DNA of 28,991 bases from Octopus sinensis (lineage: Eukaryota): assembly GCF_006345805.1 (NCBI RefSeq), contig NW_021833156.1, forward strand, positions 1-28,991. The letters are read 5' to 3'. A program made the translations under genes and the position numbers. The notes beneath the pieces are model-generated. The model was not told the origin of the DNA. It saw only the letters and a program-made list of their open reading frames with translations, and ran no database searches. Shown piece by piece: positions 21,660-28,991 of the stretch (position 1 is the stretch's first letter; every line of letters starts with the position of its first letter).

Positions 21660-21892
21660 TATTTCTTTACTACCCACCAGGGGCTAAACATAGAGGGGAC
21701 AAACAAGGACAGACAGAGGGATTAAGTCGATTACATCGAACCCAGTGCGAAACTGGTACTTCATTTATCGACCCCGAAAGGATGAAAAGCAAAGTCTACG
21801 TCGGCGGAATTTGAACTCAGAACGTTACGTCAGACGAAATATCGCTAAGCATTTCGCCAGGCGCGCTAACGTTTCTGCTAGCTCGCCGCCTT
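21660..21892 (-). mobile_element. SINE family A monomer with a 15-bp TSD
   Basis: agtaatgcgaatata at 21645-21659 and 21893-21907. Confidence 0.9.
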
Positions 21893-21909
21893 AGTAATGC
21901 GAATATAAG

Positions 21910-22240
21910 CGGCCAAATGGGACACATCTGGAAGATCTCTGCAGTTGATGCGTACTTAAGTGATCTGGGAGACCACTACTTCCTCGCATTGAAGATCACA
22001 ATTGCGATACCACAGACATGCGATTAGAATGGGACAGGAAATAATCACAACGGGTTTTACAAACCTAGCCAACCGGCAGGAAACTTAGAGCCAAACCAAA
22101 GCAAGATGACTGGATCCTATCCAAACACTCAGTTCGTCCTGCTTGAGGATCCAGCTGGAAAGTCTAATGAGGATTACTTTTGATAGGAACCTATGGAGAA
22201 GATAGGACCCTGAAAAAAACTTATGACGACTCTACCACTA
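21910..22240 (+). mobile_element. Decayed LINE ORF2 C-terminus (RTE-like)
   Basis: RSQLRYHRHAIRMG..PTGRKL..KPKAR*LDPI..DRNLWRR resembles the QLRW.GH..RM / GRP..W / DR..WR motif series. Confidence 0.55.
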
Positions 22241-22662
22241 CGACTATCGCAGGATTAGTGGGCGGAGAACATGAATGGTTGAATGGCCAGTCAAAGTGCA
22301 CATGGCCGAAAGACAAGATCATTATCTATATAGTTTATCATTATAACCTCTCTCTCTCTCTAACTCACTCTCTTTCTCAGAGAGAGAGAGAGAGAGACTG
22401 AATTTGCCTCGCAGTAATTCTTCTCCTGTTCCATTGTAGTATTTCATTCGTGGTCACTAATCGACCATTAGTAGGAACATTTACTACAATGCAAAATTTA
22501 TACAAAGCAAAAACCAATACATTTTTCAGCAACAATAAAATGCTATTCTTTACAGATATATCCGAAGCATTTTTGTTATTCCTTTTTAGTCTTCTTCACT
22601 ATTATTTTGTAGATGCTAATGGATACTTTTCTAAGAGAGTAAAGTAGCTTTTTTCATTGTGC

Positions 22663-22729
<67 letters not shown>

Positions 22730-23396
22730 ATAATAATAATATTAGCATTAGTGTTCATACTGGAAGCATGTATTTGTTCTGGCTCGTAAGTTTAACCTTT
22801 TAATTTGTCACCAAAAGTAGTTGACTGTTTATTTTGTTATAAAACGTTCGTTAAAACCACCACCATTGCATAGGTTTGGTTTGGTTTGGTTTGATTGGGT
22901 TTGGCTTGTTTCTGCCCTTTTGGGGGCACAATTTCATAAACAAAATTGTCGTACCGTTTTGAAAACAGTAAGCTTATAAACAGACATGGCGTAACGACAC
23001 GGAGGGGGGAAGTAAGAGATAGATTTGATAGTTAGTTGCAAGAGCCCTCTGCCTTCTGCCCTCTGATTGAGGGGGAGGGGAGGGAGCTCTCATCCAGTTC
23101 AACGCAAAGTGAACCACAGGAACAGTAGCAACAACAGCAACAACAACACTACACAGAAATTTAATTCCAATTATGAAGCTGAATTCTCTACTAAATAAAT
23201 GAGAAAATACCAATACCAAAGAAATAAGCGAACAGTGTCAACAATAAGGCGAGGAGTACAGCCATTACCTACTCCAGCACCTCAGCAACGACACAAATTA
23301 TGATGCAGAAACAAGAGTAGACTCGACAACTTAAACAGCGGCAATATCGCCATTTTTAATAACAACAAGAACGAAACTAGAGGCGTTTAGAAGAGA

Positions 23397-23797
23397 CTAG
23401 CAGTATCGCCCGGCGTTGCTCGGGTTTGTAAGGGAAATAACTCTATAAGCATTTTTAGAGAGTTACTTCCCTTATATAAACTGAGCAAAAAATGCATTAA
23501 AAAACGAAAAAATGATAATTTTTTTTTTCAATCGTTGACTCATCGTAGACATTTTTAGAGAGTTACTTCCCTTATATAATAGCGAAAAAATGCATTAAAA
23601 TGGAAAAAAATGATGGTAATCTTTTTTTTAATCGTAGACTCATCGTAGACGCGCGCTAATACCCAGAAGGGCTCGATATGAATCACGACTATAAGATACC
23701 CACTTTTGGTTAAACTGCACCGCAAAATGTGGGAGTAGTTAGGAATCTAAATCGTAGGAGACAGACTCTCACACAACTTCAGTTTTATATATAAAGA
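23397..23797 (-). mobile_element. Non-autonomous Helitron, copy 3, inserted between A and T
   Basis: Minus strand A|TCtttatatataaaa...gcgatactgCTAG|T; has the internal duplication seen in copy 2. Confidence 0.88.
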
Positions 23798-24262
23798 TAT
23801 AGCGACCGACGTGTTGGCATCCAGATCGGCTCTTCATCAATTTATTCGATGGCAAGCACGGCGTTTGCGGTATCAAAGCTAAGGTGCGTGCGCTGAGATA
23901 CGAATGGAAGAAAGCCGTTCCTTGGCCCTGGAGACTATGAAATGCGTAGCACTTACGCTCTCAGGTCGACCAGATCGACTTAACCCCTCCCCACTCCCCC
24001 TCAATTGCCGTCTTGTACCAAACTATGAGATCATTATCAGTAAGGACGGCGACTTGACAGAATCGTTAAAAATTTCAGGTAAAATGCGCTGCGCCATTTC
24101 ATTTGCTTTCACCTTCTGATTTCAGTCGACCTCGCTGTTCATTTCTCGAGATCGATAAAATAATTTCCAGTTAAGCACCGATGTTGATGTAATAGAGTTC
24201 CCTGGCTCCTAAAAGTCTGCAGTTTTCGTGTCAAAATTTTAAAACATTATTATTATTATTAA

Positions 24263-24324
<62 letters not shown>

Positions 24325-24985
24325 GCCTTTGCACAGCTTCTAATGCTGGAGATGTACTGCAGTGTCATCTGTTCACTACCAGTGAGCTAAAGTAACACCC
24401 CTTATTTTTCGAGCACTTTCCGGAGTATTAGAGTGGTTCCAAGCAGTGCTGTTTTCTGCAAGTGCTCCACCCTTATTGCAGCCCCTATTTCTTCCACGTA
24501 CTTCTCGAGATTTTTGCTCACTGTTCACAGGACTCCAACAATTATTGAAACAACTGCTACCCTTTTCATCGACCGCAACTGCTTAACTCCCCAAGCTAAC
24601 CTGTCATATCTATCGACTTTTCTTTCTTCCTTATCGCATACCTTGTTGTCAGCTGGGCATGCTATGACTATGATCCATCATAGTTTGTTTTCTTTCTCAA
24701 TTAAGACTATGTCCGGCTTCCTATTCTCTATCTCAAGGTCGCATTGAATCATAAAATCCCATAGGATCTTTGCATTTCTATTTTCGACGATGCCTTCAGG
24801 TTTGTGGTCGTACCAATTTTTTGCTTTATCAAGTCCATACATATTGCAAAGTATCCAATGGACAAACCTGGCTATTTTATCGTGGCGTCTCTTATATTCC
24901 TTCTTCGCTAGTGGCGTACATTGGTTGGTAATATGCCATACGGTTTCACCATTTTGTCCACAGATTCTGCCCTTATAACTTTCTT
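24325..24985 (-). mobile_element. 5'-truncated R4/Dong-like LINE end (CCHC plus RLE), flanked on both sides by TAA repeats
   Basis: (G)RICGQNGETVWHITNQC (x2-C-x8-H-x4-C, first Cys mutated), RRHD, ILWDF, NRKPDIV, QKTALLGT; two internal stops; terminal stop at 24402-24404; (TTA)n at 24248-24324 and 24995-25030. Confidence 0.88.
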
Positions 24986-25309
24986 CTCATTCTCATTATT
25001 ATTATTATGATTATTATTATTATTATTATTAGAGTGAGGATGATGATGATGATGATGACGACGACGACGATGATGATGATGTTGTTGTTTCCTTTATGTT
25101 TTTACTTCCTACGCTAATCGATCGTAATTTGCTAACATCGGGTGTGGGTGCGATTAATTTCTGTGATTCAACGTTGCTTTCATTTCATTGTTACCAAAAC
25201 GAAAAAGGAAATTTTCATCATTTCAAGCTCTCTAGTTTTACAACGGATACATCGTTTCAAATATCTTTTGTATTTGTGAATACCAGACGGCTGAGAACAG
25301 GGAAATATA

Positions 25310-25313
25310 TAGG

Positions 25314-25347
<34 letters not shown>

Positions 25348-25560
25348 GCACACACATATATACATATATATTTACATATATGTATGTGTGTGTGGATGTA
25401 TATATCTATATATATGTATGTGTAGTGTATGTACGTATATGAATATATATGCATATATCTATATATATATATGTGTGTATGTGTGTGTGTGTATCCATGT
25501 ATTTTACAGTTGCTTGCGTATGAGAGTGTGCGTGTGTATTTACATACATATGTACATTTG
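25310..25560. repeat. (CA)n/(TA)n/(TG)n compound microsatellite
   Basis: Directly visible. Confidence 0.9.
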
Positions 25561-26405
25561 TATATTTGGACGAACAATGAGTGAGAAATAGAGAGGAACG
25601 GGTATAGAGAAAAACCGGAAGTAGATACCAAAATGGCACCTCACATACAGGAAGTTGTGATTGTTTTGAAGCAGTTGTACCAGCAGGAGTTGAAGTGATG
25701 ATGTTAACATGGCGGAAATGTTGTCCTAATTTCTCCTCTTTTCTTTTTTTTTCTGTATTCCTTTATTTATATTTTTACACACAGTTACATTTTAATAAAT
25801 ACGAGCACCATACACAGAATAAAAGGAGCATGTAAATGGCGAATACCTAGCTTATATTATATGTATGTGTGCGGATTTACGGATGCATATGTATATACAT
25901 AATTATATATATTATATAACACATGCATATATATGTACATGTGTGCATGTGCGGATGTGTGTGTGCGTGTGTGTATAAATATGTATATATAGATATATTG
26001 ATATATAGAATTAAGGATAAAAATCGCTTTAATGATTTTATCAAGTGGCCAGCGTGAAAAAGAAACCTTGTAGGTAACATTTTATACTAATTTATAATTA
26101 TATAAAATCAGTGACAGTGGTTACTGGGAAAAACATTAAATAGATATTCGCAAACAGGTCTCTCTTCATCGAAAACCGGTGATTACCGTACGTTGACAAG
26201 AGGCAAATTACCTCGAAACTGCAGTCCGTGCGTATCACTTAGGTTTACGAGAGAGGGATGACCTCCCTTTGCAAATATCATAAGGGCACAGAAAGTGTGT
26301 CTAAAGCCAGCTGGAGACGATGATCTCCTGGGGCTAAAAGCTACTGTAACACCCACCCTTTGTGGTTAGGCATATTGAGATGGCTAGTATACTTTACGTA
26401 AAATA

Positions 26406-26970
26406 TTGTGTTATCCGGAAAGTTCGTGCCGATTTTTAAAGGAAAGAAAAAGGTCAATAAATACTTGCATTACATTTTTAACCAACCAAATATGAATCAT
26501 TTTGTTGCACAATACATCTCCATCTTTCCTTCAACTTGAAAATACCCTCTTCTCAGAATTGAGGTGGTTTCATGGCAAAGAATTCATCAAGGTATCTTTT
26601 TACGTCATCGAAGGAATTGAATTTTTTACCATTAAGACTATTCTGCAGAGACCTGAATACGTGGAAATCCGAAGGAGCAATATCTGGTGAATATGGAGGG
26701 TGGGGTAACACATCCCAACCGAGCTGCAGCAATTTTTGTTCGGTTCCCACAGCATCAAGTGCTGAAAATGAACTTTCTTATCTTCCATTTTAAAGGGTTA
26801 CAGAATTAACACAGATTATAGGAGCATAAATCTTCTTCCACGAAAAGATAGCTTAAACTGTGCTCTAAATGGAGGTGTAGTGAAATCCTATTTTATGAAC
26901 TCAACCATGTTCTAAAATAAGTCGAAATGTAAGCTACTATAAATTGGCACGAACTTTCCGGACAACCCAA
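26406..26970 (-). mobile_element. Internally deleted mariner (565 bp, MITE-like)
   Basis: TIRs ttgtgttatccggaaagttcgtgccgattt and its near-complement ending at 26970, flanked by TA; MEDKKVHFQHLMLWE joined near 26745 to QKLLQLGWDVLPHPPYSPDIAPSDFHVFRSL. Confidence 0.93.
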
Positions 26971-27214
26971 TAATTATATTTAAGGGTGCGGATAAATTCA
27001 AGCAGCACGATAGATATGGGCGCCAAATGGCTCTAAAAACCACATCTATACTCTATTAGCACAGGTATGTGGGCAGAGGAAAAACTGAATATGATTTTTT
27101 GAAAATAAGGATTTATTGTAAATCGAATTCTATCTTAGCATTATAAAAACATCCTGCTGTCATCAGTAAAATATGCCAAAGATGTGTGTGTGCGTGAGTG
27201 TGTATGTGGGTATG

Positions 27215-27512
27215 TATATTATTAATATCATTATTACTATTATTATTGTTATGATTATTATTATTATTATTAGTAGTAGTAGTAGTAGTAGTATCTTACA
27301 GCTGCTTCCGTTACAGATATGGGACTTCAATTACACACGCATACACAAATACACACACACATATATTATATACAATATATATAATAATATATTACATATA
27401 CATAATATACACCATATTATATATATAATATATATATATGTATGTATGTATATATAAAATTATATATATATATAATATATATATATATTGATATATATAT
27501 ATATATTATATA

Positions 27513-27543
<31 letters not shown>

Positions 27544-27570
27544 ATATTATATATATATATATATATGTAG
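27215..27570. repeat. (ATT)n, (AGT)n and (TA)n microsatellites
   Basis: Directly visible. Confidence 0.93.
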
Positions 27571-27746
27571 AATAAAAAAAGGGTAGAAATTGATATTGAT
27601 TAACATCAGTGGCTAAGCATATCTGGGATAACCCAAGTGGTAGGTTAGCATATCCATGAACTGGTTATTCCGTCATCAGTGACAAGATACGAATATTTTA
27701 TCCTTGTAAACTGTAAATTTTTCGACGTCTAAATCATTCATACCTT

Positions 27747-27821
27747 GTCTTTGATGAAGGAATACCCAGTGCACGGACATGCCAACCGATCACTTGGTTA
27801 TCCAAGAAACGGCTGTAAGAC
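27747..27821 (+). ncRNA. Type I hammerhead ribozyme-like fold of Penelope type, with an inverted partner copy at about 27615-27695
   Basis: gtct-TTGATGA-a-ggaatacccagtg...cacttggttatcc-aa-GAAAC-ggct-GTA-agac; the partner on the minus strand retains CTGATGA (27673-27679). Confidence 0.6.
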
Positions 27822-27896
27822 ATTAAATTCACCTTACCCTAATTAAATTATTCTAAATAACACGAAATACTTGTTCTACGTTGGTTTTGATTTTCC

Positions 27897-27925
<29 letters not shown>

Positions 27926-27928
<3 letters not shown>

Positions 27929-28991
27929 CTAAGCAATAAGGGTTTAGCAACGAGTTGCCTTACCATACCACGAATTTAGAAATAGCAGTCAAAGGGTTAT
28001 ATAGCTATTTTTCTACTAAAAAGGGAGATCTCAGAAAAAGCATTTGGAAGGAAGACACAAACAGGTAAGAGAGAATGAATTGACTGCAATCTATCATACA
28101 TTTTTTTAGTTATCCACGGACGTACGTTTCGAAATCAAGTTTTTAGGAAAGCATAAGAATTAAATATTAAATATTAATAATTCTATCTTACCGAAACTTC
28201 TTTTCTCTTCAGCGTAGAATACATAATCATAAATGATTATATATTGAATTTTGAGATACCAGAAGGCACCAACTCAACTCAGTATCAGAGCGAGCGAGCT
28301 AGAATCCGCAACTGGTATCACCGAATTCAATTGTGAATGAAACGATGTGTCAACAGCCCCTTCCCACCCGCGTGTAGCCAAAACAAGATGCTGTGGTCAT
28401 TTACTGAGATAAAATATGGTTATCCGTAATAATGAAGGGTGAAATTAATAATTTGGAAAAATTATCAATTACACCAGTAGTTTCGGCATGTAAAAGCCTG
28501 ATTCGAGGAAAATTTAAGTAATACTAAGCAATAAGGGTTTAGCAACGAGTTGCCTTACCACATACCGAATTTAGAAATAGCAGTCAAAGGGTTATAGCTA
28601 TTTCTCTACTAAAAAGGGAGATCTCAGTAAAAACAGCATTTGGAAGGCAGACACAAACAGGTAAGAGAGAATGAATTGACTGCAATCTATCATACATTTT
28701 TTTAGTTATCCACGGACGTACGTTTCGAAATCAAGTTTTTAGGAAAGCATAAGAATTAAATATTAAATATTAAATAATTCTATCTTACCGAAATTCTTTT
28801 CTCTTCAGCGTAGAATACTATAATCATAAATGATTATATATTGAATTTTGAGATACCAGAAGGCACCAGCTCAACTCAGTATCAGAGCGAGCTAGAATCC
28901 GCAACTGGTATCACCGAATTCAATTTGTGAATGAAACGATTGTGTCAACAGCCCCTTCCCACCCGCGTGTAGCCAAAACAAGATGCTGTGG
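27926..28991. repeat. Tandem duplication of a 595-bp unit (second copy cut by the window end)
   Basis: atactaagcaataagggtttagc at 27926 and 28521; the copies differ mainly by 1-3 nt indels. Confidence 0.95.

Noticed and set aside
22900-24240. Non-repeat sequence around Helitron copy 3 as possible exons
   Set aside because: Rejoined frames hit stops quickly and show no recognisable motif.
25620-25730. Promoter-like motifs (caggaagt, aacatggcgg)
   Set aside because: Short motifs with no CpG island or downstream gene evidence.
28465-28520. Minus-strand ggc...gccGAAAC resembling a hammerhead 3' half
   Set aside because: The upstream core reads ctcgaatca, not CTGANGA.

Overview
AT-rich, microsatellite- and transposon-saturated animal genomic DNA. 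It is very likely from Octopus, an inference from the tRNA-derived SINE families, which I recognise as octopus-type. No host protein-coding gene can be supported, and most ORFs in the supplied track are microsatellite or antisense artefacts. The window holds about 15 SINE copies from 4 families, three mariner elements in different states of decay, a Chapaev3-like transposase remnant, three non-autonomous Helitrons and two head-to-head Helitron Rep relics. It also holds two R4/Dong-like LINE 3' ends in TAA repeats, an RTE-like LINE end, Penelope-type remnants with hammerhead-like folds, and a 595-bp tandem duplication at the right end. The most notable object is a young-looking 2265-bp retro-insertion at 14799-17063 (minus strand). 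It has a perfect 15-bp target-site duplication inside a SINE tRNA head and encodes only an RRM/CCHC ORF1-like protein with an unrecognised acidic C-terminal extension, with no RT or endonuclease. It is a candidate ORF1-only (half-L1/Tx1-like) non-autonomous element. A 67-bp inverted templated insertion copied from a neighbouring SINE is also directly visible.
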